From Patescibacteria group bacterium (GTDB taxonomy: Bacteria > Patescibacteriota > Patescibacteriia > UBA9934): 64,000 nucleotides of DNA. The position numbers were made by a program, and so were the translations under genes. This document shows, piece after piece, positions 37,184 through 47,268 of the stretch. Numbering within the stretch: the first letter of the stretch is position 1; each line of letters starts with the position of its first letter. The notes under the pieces were generated by a model, which was not told the DNA's origin, searched no databases, and saw only the letters and a list, made by a program, of their open reading frames with translations. The stretch covers positions 65,629-129,628 of the forward strand of contig JAGORL010000002.1 of the NCBI GenBank assembly GCA_018062825.1, read 5' to 3'.

Positions 37184-38686
37184 CGATAATTTATGCGCCG
37201 AGGTGTCACCGACGATACGCTTATAAACGAGTTGCGCACTAATTAAACACATCGGCATACCAATACCAGGATTAGTACTCGCTCCAACAAAGTAGAGATT
37301 CTTCACTTTCTTACTAAAAGTATTTGGTCTAAAAATCGCCGTCTGGAGCATAGTGTGCGATAGTCCCAAGCCACTTCCCCGATAACTGTTATAACGCTCA
37401 GCAAAATCACTAACACCAAACCGGCGCTTATAAACAATTGAGGCCCTCAAACCCTCCATACCCATCTCGTTCTCCATGGTAGACAAGATACGATCTTCAT
37501 ACGCATCAAGCTCCTCAGGTGTATTTTTGAGATCAGAGGCAATCGGCACCAAGACAAACAGATTTTCACAACCTTCAGGAGCTACGCTTGCGTCTGTAAC
37601 GCTCGGCGCACAAACGTAAAACGAGGGATCGCTCGGCAATTTTGGCGCATCAAAAATCTCTTTAAAGTTCTGATCCCAATCTTGTGAAAATAAAAGGTTG
37701 TGGTGCGTGATTGAGGCAAACTTTTTATTGGTACCAAGGTAAAGCAAGAATGCCGACGGAGCCATAACTCGCTTATCCCAATACTTCTCATCGTGCTCAC
37801 GATCTTCTGGTGGTAAAAGCGTCATCTCAGTGTGATGCAAGTCAGCGTTAGAGACCACAAGATCAGCTTCGATAATCTCACCAGAGGCTAAACGAATACC
37901 GCGCACAACACCAGCATCAGAAATGATGCCAGCAACTGGTGCATTCATATGAAATCGCACGCCGTGCTTTTCACCAACCTTCACAATCGCTTTAACGATT
38001 TCATGAATACCACCCTTCGGATAAAAAACCCCTTGACCAAGATCAACATAACTTAACAACGAGTAAAGAGCAGGAGCATTCTTCGGTGAATTACCAAGAA
38101 ATAAAAGTGTGTGCTGCAACATCTTTCGCAAATCCGGATTGCGGAAGAATCGCGCCACGTACTGCTCCATAGTTGAGAAAACCGAAAGCTTCCAACCCTC
38201 TGAAGCCATGCGAAGCGTCAAAAAATCAGTAAACTTGTCGTAATTCTTATACACAAACTCCCCAATCGAAATCTCATACTTACGCTTAGCCTGACGAACG
38301 TACTCCGCCAAGCGATCACCCGCACCAGGCTCAAAAGACTCAAAGGTCTGAGCATCCTTAGTAAGATCAGAATGAATATCAACTACCCGGCCCTTATCTT
38401 TAAAAAATACCCGATACGATGGCCCTAAACGAACAAGATCAAGGTAATCCTCAGCTTTCTCGCCAAACAGGGCAAAAAAGTCGTTAAAAACGTCTGGCAT
38501 CAAGTACCAAGACGGCCCCATGTCAAAACGAAAACCTTGAGCTTCAAAAACACTCGCCCGCCCGCCGAGTGATTCATTTTTTTCATAGACATCAACGGCA
38601 TAGCCCTTCTTCGCAAGCATTGCCGCAATACCCAATCCACCAAAACCAGAACCAATTACAATCGCCCGCTGTTTTTGTTCAGACAT
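37175..38686 (-). CDS. crtI: Phytoene desaturase
   Basis: RAIVIGSGFGGLGIAAMLAKKGYAVDVYEKNESLGGRA is the FAD GxGxxG motif. 503 aa, and the C-terminal region is typical of CrtI. Confidence 0.8.
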   Translation of the reverse strand: MSEQKQRAIVIGSGFGGLGIAAMLAKKGYAVDVYEKNESLGGRASVFEAQGFRFDMGPSWYLMPDVFNDFFALFGEKAEDYLDLVRLGPSYRVFFKDKGRVVDIHSDLTKDAQTFESFEPGAGDRLAEYVRQAKRKYEISIGEFVYKNYDKFTDFLTLRMASEGWKLSVFSTMEQYVARFFRNPDLRKMLQHTLLFLGNSPKNAPALYSLLSYVDLGQGVFYPKGGIHEIVKAIVKVGEKHGVRFHMNAPVAGIISDAGVVRGIRLASGEIIEADLVVSNADLHHTEMTLLPPEDREHDEKYWDKRVMAPSAFLLYLGTNKKFASITHHNLLFSQDWDQNFKEIFDAPKLPSDPSFYVCAPSVTDASVAPEGCENLFVLVPIASDLKNTPEELDAYEDRILSTMENEMGMEGLRASIVYKRRFGVSDFAERYNSYRGSGLGLSHTMLQTAIFRPNTFSKKVKNLYFVGASTNPGIGMPMCLISAQLVYKRIVGDTSAHKLSSL

Positions 38687-39519
38687 AATTTCAGCATGAT
38701 ACGCACTTTTTCTAAATAACTTGTTCGCACGCGACCTGAAAAAACATCGTACTCATGCTCCTTAATCTTTGAAAGAATTGCAGCGTACAATCGAGACGCT
38801 AGGCGCACAGCAAACTGACCGCTACGATCTAGCTCATCAATCCCACCCTCGGCAAACGCATACAATTCCCGCGCACGAGCCACCTCAAACCGAATAAGGT
38901 CACGCAGCGCCGGAGTAAGAACACCTCGAGCGATATCGTCATCCCCCAAGTCAAAACGTCGCATATCTTCTTGCGGAAGATAAATACGCCCACGCGTTAT
39001 GTAATCATCCTTAATATCACGCAAGAAATTCGTTAACTGCATAGCCTCACCAAGTGCACGAGCGCGTTCAAGCGTTCCCGCATCTTTGTAGCCAATCACG
39101 TAACACATCATGATCCCAACAACAGCTGCTGATCCGTACATGTACCGCTCTAAATCAGCATACGTATGATAACGATCAACCGTCACATCCTGAACCATGG
39201 CCTGCAAGAAATCGTCGCCAAGTTTGCGAGGGATGCCGTATATACGAAAAACCTCAGCCGCAGCCCGCAAAACGGCATCACTAACGTCTTCATGCTCAGT
39301 GCGACGCCACTTATCCATCCAAGCCTCTAAATCTCGGCGCGCATCAGCTTGAGAAGCGCCAGCGTCTACAATATCATCCGGCACTCTAAAAAATGCATAC
39401 AATACCGCTGTTGCCTCTCGAACTTTACGCGGGAAAAAACGGGTTGCAAACGAATAACTCACCCCATGACGACGCATGATGCTTTGGCACTGCAGCAAAT
39501 CATCGGTTCGAATAGCCAT
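38656..39519 (-). CDS. crtB: Phytoene/squalene synthase family (phytoene synthase)
   Basis: YAFFRVPDDIVD and YLPQEDMRRF...ARELYAFA are the two Asp-rich and substrate-binding motifs of the squalene/phytoene synthase family. Confidence 0.75.
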   Translation of the reverse strand: MAIRTDDLLQCQSIMRRHGVSYSFATRFFPRKVREATAVLYAFFRVPDDIVDAGASQADARRDLEAWMDKWRRTEHEDVSDAVLRAAAEVFRIYGIPRKLGDDFLQAMVQDVTVDRYHTYADLERYMYGSAAVVGIMMCYVIGYKDAGTLERARALGEAMQLTNFLRDIKDDYITRGRIYLPQEDMRRFDLGDDDIARGVLTPALRDLIRFEVARARELYAFAEGGIDELDRSGQFAVRLASRLYAAILSKIKEHEYDVFSGRVRTSYLEKVRIMLKLCLNKNSGRL

Positions 39520-39521
39520 AC

Positions 39522-40628
39522 CTAAGAAGTACGCTTCTGCAAAAGACGCACAAGATCATGGCATGATGCTTGAATAGCAACTGGTAGCTCAGCAACTGCC
39601 TGATCAGCCTCACGTAAAAGAGCTTCAACACGCGCTTGAGCGGAAGCAACCGCTCCCGATGAAATAAAAACTTCAGGCAGGGCAACAAGAGCGGCAGCAT
39701 CACCCAAAAGCGCCAGCCGCAACATCTCACGAACCTTCTCATCCGCATGTAGAGCTAGATGCGCAGTTAACAGCGTCTGCTGCCCGTCGCGCACATCAGC
39801 AAGTACCGGCTTACCAAGCTCTTCAGCGCTACTGATTACATCAAATAAGTCATCCTGAATCTGAAATGCCACCCCAATCGGCTCAGCAAAGTTCCGCAGA
39901 GCTTTTTCAAGTTCAGAAGAAAAGGAACCAGAAAGTGCCAAGCCAAGAAGCATTGGTCGAACAAAGGAATAACTCGCAGTCTTCAAATATATCTTGCGCT
40001 CAAGAAGTGCGGCGTCATACTCATCACGCGTCATCGTATCAACATCAATCATCTGCCCAACAACTACTTCATCAATCATGGCAAACATCTGCTCGTGAAC
40101 AAGAGCTGGTTGAGTAGACCGTGATGCAGACCGCTGCACCATCTCAAGGGACCATGAAAAAAGTAAGTCGCCAAGAAGCATGGCATGACCACGAGCAACA
40201 TGAGGCAAATCACCACGTCGATCCCCAGAAGTCAGGCGATCAAAAGCTACGGATTCAATCGTGGGAACGCCTCTGCGCACCGGTGCCTTATCAATGATGT
40301 CATCATGAACTAAACAAAAAACATGGAAGAGCTCTAGGCCCACTCCAAGCTCCATCACTCCCTGTTCATCTACACCAGAACCGGCAGCATATCCGATCTG
40401 CGCCAAATACGGACGCAAACGCTTCCCACCGGCAAGCAAAGGCGGCAAACCTGCAACAATACTTGCGAGGAAATTATCCTGCGCTAGCGCTGAAAAACGC
40501 TGTAAACGCTCTTCTGTCACCTTTGCTAAATAAGGCTCAAAAGCCACCCGAAATGACGCCATGTCCATAAGATAGACGCAGTGTAACGGGTTTTTGGACA
40601 TGCGAAAAGAGCACAGACCGTGGGTCAT
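39522..40628 (-). CDS. crtE: Polyprenyl synthetase (geranylgeranyl diphosphate synthase-like)
   Basis: First Asp-rich motif LVHDDIIDKA and second QIQDDLFDV of trans-prenyltransferases. Likely start at an internal Met (MDMASF, about 40565). Confidence 0.7.
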   Translation of the reverse strand: MTHGLCSFRMSKNPLHCVYLMDMASFRVAFEPYLAKVTEERLQRFSALAQDNFLASIVAGLPPLLAGGKRLRPYLAQIGYAAGSGVDEQGVMELGVGLELFHVFCLVHDDIIDKAPVRRGVPTIESVAFDRLTSGDRRGDLPHVARGHAMLLGDLLFSWSLEMVQRSASRSTQPALVHEQMFAMIDEVVVGQMIDVDTMTRDEYDAALLERKIYLKTASYSFVRPMLLGLALSGSFSSELEKALRNFAEPIGVAFQIQDDLFDVISSAEELGKPVLADVRDGQQTLLTAHLALHADEKVREMLRLALLGDAAALVALPEVFISSGAVASAQARVEALLREADQAVAELPVAIQASCHDLVRLLQKRTS

Positions 40629-40664
40629 GTGCTCTTTTATTATCCCTACCCCGCCCTAATGCGC

Positions 40665-41306
40665 CTACCTAATGTATTCAACCACCTCAGCGGCTGTACG
40701 GCGCACCTTCGGACGTGTAGCTGCTGGATCGTCACCACGATAGCCAAAGGCAATCATAGTGGCTACAGATAAGTTCTTCTCGTGAAGACCAAGAACTTCA
40801 TCAACACCCTTTGGATCAAATCCCTCCATTGGACCCGCATCAACGCCAAGAAGTGCCGCTGTTTCAAGCATCATGCCAAGCGGGATATAGCACTGCATCT
40901 TCGCCCAAAGCGGCAAGTATGCATCATCCTTAGAACCGATCGTTCCCTCGGCAATCTTTTTCCAAGCTTCAAGGGACTCCATACTAACGCCCTGCTGCGC
41001 AGCTGTACGATCGATGAGCTCAGAAACGCCATGCTCGCGCATATCAGTACGAGCCGCGATAACTACCAACTTTGGTGCATCGACAATTTTCGGTTGACCA
41101 TATCCAACCGCCTGCAAACGCTTACGAACTTCTGGATTCTCAATGACTAAAAATTTCCATGGTTCAAATCCAGTTGAACTTGGAGACAAGCGGCCAGCTT
41201 CTAAAATCGCCTGAAATAAATCTTCGGCTAACGGTTTTGCTGGATCAAAGATCTTTACCGCATAACGCCATGCTAACGCCTGCTGAATGTCGTTTATTGT
41301 AGTCAT
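40665..41306 (-). CDS. Nitroreductase family protein
   Basis: WRYAVKIFDPAKPL...RLSPSSTGFEPWKFLVIENPEVRKRL matches the nitroreductase fold. Confidence 0.65.
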   Translation of the reverse strand: MTTINDIQQALAWRYAVKIFDPAKPLAEDLFQAILEAGRLSPSSTGFEPWKFLVIENPEVRKRLQAVGYGQPKIVDAPKLVVIAARTDMREHGVSELIDRTAAQQGVSMESLEAWKKIAEGTIGSKDDAYLPLWAKMQCYIPLGMMLETAALLGVDAGPMEGFDPKGVDEVLGLHEKNLSVATMIAFGYRGDDPAATRPKVRRTAAEVVEYIR

Positions 41307-41339
41307 AGAATAGGTTAGAAACCTACCATACGCCTACTG

Positions 41340-41942
41340 CTATACTTTTGCAAGCAACTTTTCAGCAACTGTTAAAAGAAGCGGTGGTAAATTGCGAACA
41401 AGCAATTTCATTCGCTTAATCTTAAAGTATTTTCGTACAAGTAGCGTCGCCTTAGGAGTAAATTGAAACATAACAAATCTACCTTGTGGCGCTAATATGT
41501 CACGAGTTGCTTCTAAAATACACCTAGCTGCTTTTGGTGAAAGAAAAGTGAATGGAATGCTAGATAAAACAACATCAACTTCATGAACATCGTCATGACG
41601 TAAAACATCGCGCACCTCAAGCGCATCAGCGTGCACAACACGAACGCGACCATCATGCAAAAAGCGCAAGCGCAACTGATCTGCAAAGGCAGCATTGCGC
41701 TCGATTAAATACAATCGAGCCGACCCGGACATAGCTCGAACGATCTCATCGCTCACTTCTCCCTGTCCCGGACCATACTCAACGATCACGCTCGCCTGCG
41801 TAACCTGCATCGATGCAACAATACGCCTTGCGGCCCATGTACTTGTAGGCGTAACTGAAGCAACCATCGGATCTTGAGCAAGTGCTCTCAAAAATGACAG
41901 TCTACCCATATCTCCAAGTATAACGCCCAAACTAATCCACAA
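41340..41942 (-). CDS. Class I SAM-dependent methyltransferase (rRNA adenine dimethylase/Erm-KsgA-like family)
   Basis: VIVEYGPGQGEVSDEI is the SAM motif I. ...RVVHADALEV is the KsgA-like motif. Confidence 0.45.
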   Translation of the reverse strand: MWISLGVILGDMGRLSFLRALAQDPMVASVTPTSTWAARRIVASMQVTQASVIVEYGPGQGEVSDEIVRAMSGSARLYLIERNAAFADQLRLRFLHDGRVRVVHADALEVRDVLRHDDVHEVDVVLSSIPFTFLSPKAARCILEATRDILAPQGRFVMFQFTPKATLLVRKYFKIKRMKLLVRNLPPLLLTVAEKLLAKV

Positions 41943-43707
41943 ACAATAACGGAGCGCTTAATTTCTTTACGTCTTCAAGATAAAAATCAAGCATTTTCTT
42001 GCCAACAAATACCGCCACAAGATCGGTGTTGCCCTTTGCAAGTTCATCAATACTGTCTTGCAAAAGCCCTTCGTGAGAAATAAACGAAAAATGAATAGCA
42101 GACAGTCCACGTCGAGAGCGATCATTGTTGATTGCATCAAATGACTGCTGAGCAATGGCCTTAATCTCAACCACAGATTCAGGTCGATAGGCGTTCTCTA
42201 AACACAACAATAATGTAATTTTATCGATGTGATGTTTTTCTGCCCACGTCGCAACAAACGGTAGGCGCTTCGGAAATGATCGGCCACGTGAGCCAAGCAC
42301 CACAAAAGAATCACTCGTTACGTGCAGATTGCCCTCTCCCTCAGGAATGACATCAGCAACTGCGAGCTTAGTAGCAACCCAAGGAGTAAGCGGAGGCTCA
42401 ACAATGAGCGTCAATAAAATGACCCACATACCAACCGGCAACAATCCCTCAATGCCAGAAATGCCAGCGGCCGCAATCGTCACAAGAAGCACGGCAGGGA
42501 TCGCGCCCGTTTCGCGAACAAACGAAATAAACAGTACGTCCTTCACAGAAAGCGGCATAGTCCCACCAAAACGAGAAAGCGGCCACAAAGTAACAAATAC
42601 AGAAAGCGGACGAATGACAAACATGAAGATAAGTGCTGCCGCAATACCAAGTGGCGCGTATGCTAACAGAAGCGGCAAATCAACGAGTGCGCCTAACAAA
42701 AGGAAGATCGTCGGCTTAAAGAAGCCATCAATGATGTGATTAAAGAAACGCTCAGTCTGATGCAACTTATCGCTCACGCTATACAAGAGTCCGGCAATAA
42801 AAGCGGCCAAATAACCGCTGCCACCAACAGCAAGCGCCAACGTAAAAATGATAATCGGAATGAACAAAAAGAAAGCAGAATCAACTTCGTACTCTCGATC
42901 ATGTGATGATTTAAGGTATGTAAAACCTCGAAGAAGCAGGTAGCCAACAACACCAAAGAAAATACCGAAACCTAACTGTTCGAGTAAGAAAATTCCCGTC
43001 TCTGGAGAAAAAATCTTGCTATAACTTTCAAAAACCGAATTACCGAGCGTCGCGCCAGTTGATAAAATCGCTAAAAACGCCACCGTCAAAAGCGTACCGG
43101 TGACATCAGTTACCGCACTTTCAGAAACGACGATATCTTTTGTGTCTGTACATTTGAATCGCAAACGCTTAAGAATAGGAATGATTGCCGCCGGATCGGT
43201 TGATGCTAGTAGTGCACCAAGAAGAACGGCCGCCGTGACAGAAAGCGGAATATGAAACGCTTGTCCAAGTCCAACGCTGACAAAAGAAAAGAGCACCGCC
43301 GTCAGGAGCAATCCAAAAAACGATAAGCTCAAAATCTTTGGTAACAGTTTTTTAAAGTTCCCAAAAGGTGTTTCCAGACCACCACCGAACAAAATAAGTG
43401 TGGCTCCAAAACCAACAAGGGATGACAATGCTACACCATTATCAATAATCGGCTGCAAGAAAGGTCGAGCCGCGATACCAAAAAAGATCGCCACGACAAA
43501 GTTCGGGATAGGTGTACTTTTTGCTAGGTAAAAAATCGCAAATGAAAGTGAAAAGATCGTAGCGATCGAGAAGAACGTCAGTTCCAATTCCGACTCATGA
43601 CCATCCGCAAAGAACGCGAATATATGAGGAGCGAAGGTACTTATCGCTGAAACACATGCCAGGACCGCAATCATGCGGGCGTAGGGATAGAAGGTGGAGG
43701 TTTGCAT
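41932..43707 (-). CDS. Cation:proton antiporter (CPA1/CPA2 Na+/H+ exchanger family) with C-terminal soluble domain
   Basis: About 12 TM helices with exchanger-like segments (ASTDPAAIIPILKRL...). C-terminal ~200-aa cytoplasmic domain. Start is probably the internal M of MQTSTFYPYARM, inside the ORF-track frame 41932..43857. Confidence 0.6.
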   Translation of the reverse strand: MQTSTFYPYARMIAVLACVSAISTFAPHIFAFFADGHESELELTFFSIATIFSLSFAIFYLAKSTPIPNFVVAIFFGIAARPFLQPIIDNGVALSSLVGFGATLILFGGGLETPFGNFKKLLPKILSLSFFGLLLTAVLFSFVSVGLGQAFHIPLSVTAAVLLGALLASTDPAAIIPILKRLRFKCTDTKDIVVSESAVTDVTGTLLTVAFLAILSTGATLGNSVFESYSKIFSPETGIFLLEQLGFGIFFGVVGYLLLRGFTYLKSSHDREYEVDSAFFLFIPIIIFTLALAVGGSGYLAAFIAGLLYSVSDKLHQTERFFNHIIDGFFKPTIFLLLGALVDLPLLLAYAPLGIAAALIFMFVIRPLSVFVTLWPLSRFGGTMPLSVKDVLFISFVRETGAIPAVLLVTIAAAGISGIEGLLPVGMWVILLTLIVEPPLTPWVATKLAVADVIPEGEGNLHVTSDSFVVLGSRGRSFPKRLPFVATWAEKHHIDKITLLLCLENAYRPESVVEIKAIAQQSFDAINNDRSRRGLSAIHFSFISHEGLLQDSIDELAKGNTDLVAVFVGKKMLDFYLEDVKKLSAPLLFVD

Positions 43708-43766
43708 ACAAAAAAGACGCCCGTCAGCATACGCCTGGTGGCATCTTTGGTAAAGAGCGCTAAAGA

Positions 43767-44354
43767 CTACGTAGTTACTGGGTGCCAAATACGCATAGTA
43801 TCGGGTATTTGCAGGGCCCCAAGGGCCTGTGCTGCTACCACAACCGCTCGCAAACAAGCATACTCGGTCTTAAAATCATGAGTGCCCGCGCACCACATCT
43901 TTGGTTCAAACGCTTCGGCCGCCATGATGTCATCAATCGACATCCAGGAAAATCGTTCCACCTCCCCAACCTGAGGGGTAAAGTACTCAACCGGCTGATC
44001 AATGATCGCTACATACTCACGAACCCACAAACGTGGACCCAAGAGCTTCGTGGTACGCCATGGCAACAAATCACGAGCAGACACCACAATCCCTGCCTCC
44101 TCCTGAAGCTCCTTAAGTGCGTTTAGATCAAAATCCTCCCCTTCGCCAACGTGCCCACCAAGATGTGTGCTCCATACGCCAGGCAAACGCTCTTTATTGA
44201 GCGATCGTTGGTGTACCAAAATCTCACCACGGCTATTCATAACAAACACATTCGTGGACCGGCACCACAACTGCTTTGCAATAACCTCAGAACGCGACAC
44301 ACACTCCCCCGTTGGCAAGCCCAAATTTTCACACACAACCTCAAGCATTTCCAT
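43767..44354 (-). CDS. NUDIX hydrolase
   Basis: Nudix box GGHVGEGEDFDLNALKELQEEAGI (GX5EX7REUXEEXGU pattern). Confidence 0.7.
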   Translation of the reverse strand: MEMLEVVCENLGLPTGECVSRSEVIAKQLWCRSTNVFVMNSRGEILVHQRSLNKERLPGVWSTHLGGHVGEGEDFDLNALKELQEEAGIVVSARDLLPWRTTKLLGPRLWVREYVAIIDQPVEYFTPQVGEVERFSWMSIDDIMAAEAFEPKMWCAGTHDFKTEYACLRAVVVAAQALGALQIPDTMRIWHPVTT

Positions 44355-44489
44355 ACAAAAAAATCAGACGACTGCCTTAAAAACAGCTCGGCTGACGCTC
44401 CATTCTCCCAAGATTTCCATGTTTTTCCCCGGGGCCGCCCTAAAGGCGCCCTCGGGTAACATCGTCGCTTGGGACAATACAAAACGTCA

Positions 44490-44534
44490 CGCGTCCCGCA
44501 TGATAGCAGAACCGCGTGACGTTTTCAATGACAT
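44490..44534 (-). terminator. Strong hairpin terminator 3' of the DEAD-box helicase gene
   Basis: aaaacgtcacgcg-(19 nt loop)-cgcgtgacgtttt: 13-bp perfect arms including the flanking A/T runs. Confidence 0.6.
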
Positions 44535-45922
44535 TATCCTTTCTTCGGACGAGCTCGAGTAAAAAGCTTCATCGTGTACTTACCAGGAGCATCAACCGTT
44601 GGCGCTGGACGATTCTCGATTGAACGTGGGGCACTACGCTTAGCAAAGCCACCACGAGATCCCTGCGTACGAGGAGCGCGAGATGCGCCACCGTATGCTG
44701 GACGTGGAGCACCGAAGCCACCCGTATAACCACCGGTACGAACATGCTGCTCATGATCACGTACGGATTCTGGAGCTGGCGCACTCTTGAACTGCGTTGA
44801 CACCGGAATCGTACGGCGCATAACACGCTCAATACGACGCACGTCATCACGCTCATTTGGCTGCGCCATGGAAATAGCGCGACCACTCAAGCCATTACGA
44901 CCCGTACGACCAATACGGTGCACATAATCATCTGGCACGGTTGGCAAGTCAAAGTTCACAACAAGCGCAATACCCGTTACGTCGATACCACGTGCAGCGA
45001 TATCAGTAGCAACAAGCACGCGAGCTGTACCACGCTTGAAAGCATCAAGTGCAGCACGACGCTGACCAAGTGAGCGATCACCGTGAATCTCCGTTGCGGT
45101 ATGACCAAGCTTCTGCACATCACGACAAACCTTACGGGCGCCATGTTTGGTGCGAGTAAACACAAGAGTTGAACCCTCGGTCTCGGTAAGAATCTTGGCA
45201 AGTGTGCCAATCTTCTCATCCTTGCGAGCATACACAATCTCTTGATCAACACGCTCTGCAGCTGTTCCAGCTGGAGCGATATCAATACGAACCGGGTTTT
45301 CCGTAGCACGCTTAGCGATACGAACAACTTCATCAGCCATGGTTGCTGAGAAAAGCATTGTCTGACGCTCGGCTGGTACTGCGGCCAAAATCTTCTCGAT
45401 CTGCGGCATGAAGCCCATATCAAGCATACGATCAGCCTCATCAAGTACCAAAACGCTAACGCCCGAAAGCTTTACCGTTTTTTGCCCAAGGTGATCGATC
45501 AAGCGACCAGGGGTCGCGATAATCACGTTTGGACGATTGCGAAGTGACTTAAGCTGAGGGATCATGGACTGACCACCAATAAGCACAGCACTACGAAGTC
45601 CTGCTTTGCCAGCTACCTTACGGAACGTCTCTTCAACCTGAAGAGCAAGCTCACGTGTTGGGAGCAAAACAAGGCCAACTTTATCTGTCCCTGCGACTGC
45701 GTTCAAAATAGGAAGAGCAAACGCAAGCGTTTTACCCGTACCGGTCTGAGCGATACCAAGGACGTCCTGACCTGAGAGACCAACCGGGATTGCTTGCGCC
45801 TGAATAGGCGTCGGAGTAGTAAAACCTGCGCTCTGCACGAGTTGCAAAAGCCCAGGACGCAAACCAAGATCGGCAAAAGTAATCTGTTTCATCTGTTCGG
45901 ACACAAGAAATGCTAATAACAA
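44534..45922 (-). CDS. DEAD-box ATP-dependent RNA helicase with Arg/Gly-rich C-terminal tail
   Basis: Q-motif FADLGLRPGLLQ..GFTTPTPIQ. Walker A AQTGTGKT. DEAD box VLDEADRML. SAT. HRIGRTGR. C-terminal RGGF/GG-rich tail. Confidence 0.9.
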   Translation of the reverse strand: MLLAFLVSEQMKQITFADLGLRPGLLQLVQSAGFTTPTPIQAQAIPVGLSGQDVLGIAQTGTGKTLAFALPILNAVAGTDKVGLVLLPTRELALQVEETFRKVAGKAGLRSAVLIGGQSMIPQLKSLRNRPNVIIATPGRLIDHLGQKTVKLSGVSVLVLDEADRMLDMGFMPQIEKILAAVPAERQTMLFSATMADEVVRIAKRATENPVRIDIAPAGTAAERVDQEIVYARKDEKIGTLAKILTETEGSTLVFTRTKHGARKVCRDVQKLGHTATEIHGDRSLGQRRAALDAFKRGTARVLVATDIAARGIDVTGIALVVNFDLPTVPDDYVHRIGRTGRNGLSGRAISMAQPNERDDVRRIERVMRRTIPVSTQFKSAPAPESVRDHEQHVRTGGYTGGFGAPRPAYGGASRAPRTQGSRGGFAKRSAPRSIENRPAPTVDAPGKYTMKLFTRARPKKG

Positions 45923-46069
45923 AAGGCCTTAAGGATAGCAGGAAAATTGGCTAGCGTCAAACAAATTATCGCCCATAATCAAAAAAAGACGAATATTCGC
46001 TTAAAAGTCAGACATTTCGCCTTAAATGCCTTGTCGAGACTCTCACAATCCCGTATCGTTCCTCTATCT

Positions 46070-47266
46070 ATGCATCCCATGATTGTTCTCCACGAAGGAA
46101 AAGAATTCAGCCCAAAAAATGGTCATCCTTGGATCTTTTCTGGCGCTCTTGCCGACGTTCCCGACCTAGCAAAAACCGGCGATATCGTTCGGGTCATCGC
46201 TCACGACGGATCCTTCATCGGCGTGGGTACCTTTTCAAAAACGTCATCAATCTCGGTACGCATCTTCACGCGCCAAGACCGTGAACTCGATGCTGCGTTT
46301 ATAAAAGAACGACTCACGTCAGCTCATGCTCGCCGTCAGCTACTTCCGTACGGCATTGATGAAACAACAACTGGCTATCGCCTCATCTTCGGTGAATCAG
46401 ACGGTCTTCCGGGAATCATCATTGATCGCTATAGCGATGTCTTTGTTATTCAAACAGCAACGCTCGGCGCTAGCAACCTCTTGCCTCTCATTACCCAAGC
46501 GCTCATTGAGCTCTTTACGCCGCGTAGCATTGTTGAAAAGTCTGACTCCCCTGTTCGCAAAGAGGATGCTCTAAAAAATGAGTACCGCGTTCTTCATGGA
46601 GAGGACGTTACAACCGTTAACTTCAAGGAGCTAAATCTGCACTGTATTGCCGACATTAAAAACGGTCAGAAAACCGGTTACTTTTTAGATCAAAAAGATC
46701 TTCGTTTAGCGTTGCGCAATTTTGCCCACGGCAATATTCTCAATATCTTCTCGTACACCGGCGCAACAACCCTAAACGCACTTCTTAGCCCACAAGCAAC
46801 CATCGCGACCAATGTGGATGCTTCGCAAGAGGCGCTGGATCAATGCCTCGAGCACGCGCGCAAAAACGGCATCAAAGAAGAGCGCATGCAAATCGTTTGT
46901 GAAGACGCCTTTCAATACCTCAGCAATCCAGATGTAGGTCAATTTGAGACCGTTATCATTGATCCGCCGGCACTCATCAAATCAAGCAAAGATGCCACTG
47001 AAGGCAAGAAGGCCTACCACTTTTTAAACAGAGCAGCCTTACGTAAAGTGAAAGACGGCGGCATCTTTGTAACCTCAAGTTGCTCGCGTCAATTTGCTGA
47101 GGATGAATTTCTAGGAACGCTACGCAAAGCCGCAACCCAAAATAACCAAACACTCCACATCCTGGCCGCAATCAGACAAGCAACGGATCACCCATTTAGC
47201 GTGAACTTCCCGGAAGCCGCATATCTCAAATCGTTCATCTGTCGTGTTGAAAATAATATCTCCTAA
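46070..47266 (+). CDS. Class I SAM-dependent rRNA methyltransferase (RlmI/RlmK-like, PUA + MTase)
   Basis: MIVLHEGKEFSPKNGHPWIFSGAL matches the RlmI N-terminus (..RRHPWVFSGAV). The C-terminal half carries a Rossmann MTase with DPPA (IIDPPALIKS). The ORF-track frame starts with TTG at 45947; ATG 46070 is more plausible. Confidence 0.65.
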   Translation: MHPMIVLHEGKEFSPKNGHPWIFSGALADVPDLAKTGDIVRVIAHDGSFIGVGTFSKTSSISVRIFTRQDRELDAAFIKERLTSAHARRQLLPYGIDETTTGYRLIFGESDGLPGIIIDRYSDVFVIQTATLGASNLLPLITQALIELFTPRSIVEKSDSPVRKEDALKNEYRVLHGEDVTTVNFKELNLHCIADIKNGQKTGYFLDQKDLRLALRNFAHGNILNIFSYTGATTLNALLSPQATIATNVDASQEALDQCLEHARKNGIKEERMQIVCEDAFQYLSNPDVGQFETVIIDPPALIKSSKDATEGKKAYHFLNRAALRKVKDGGIFVTSSCSRQFAEDEFLGTLRKAATQNNQTLHILAAIRQATDHPFSVNFPEAAYLKSFICRVENNIS

Positions 47267-47268
47267 CT

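Noticed and set aside
44977-45444. 155-aa minus-strand ORF in another frame inside the DEAD-box helicase gene
   Set aside because: Same-strand alternative frame inside a high-confidence helicase CDS. Arg/Leu-rich junk translation.
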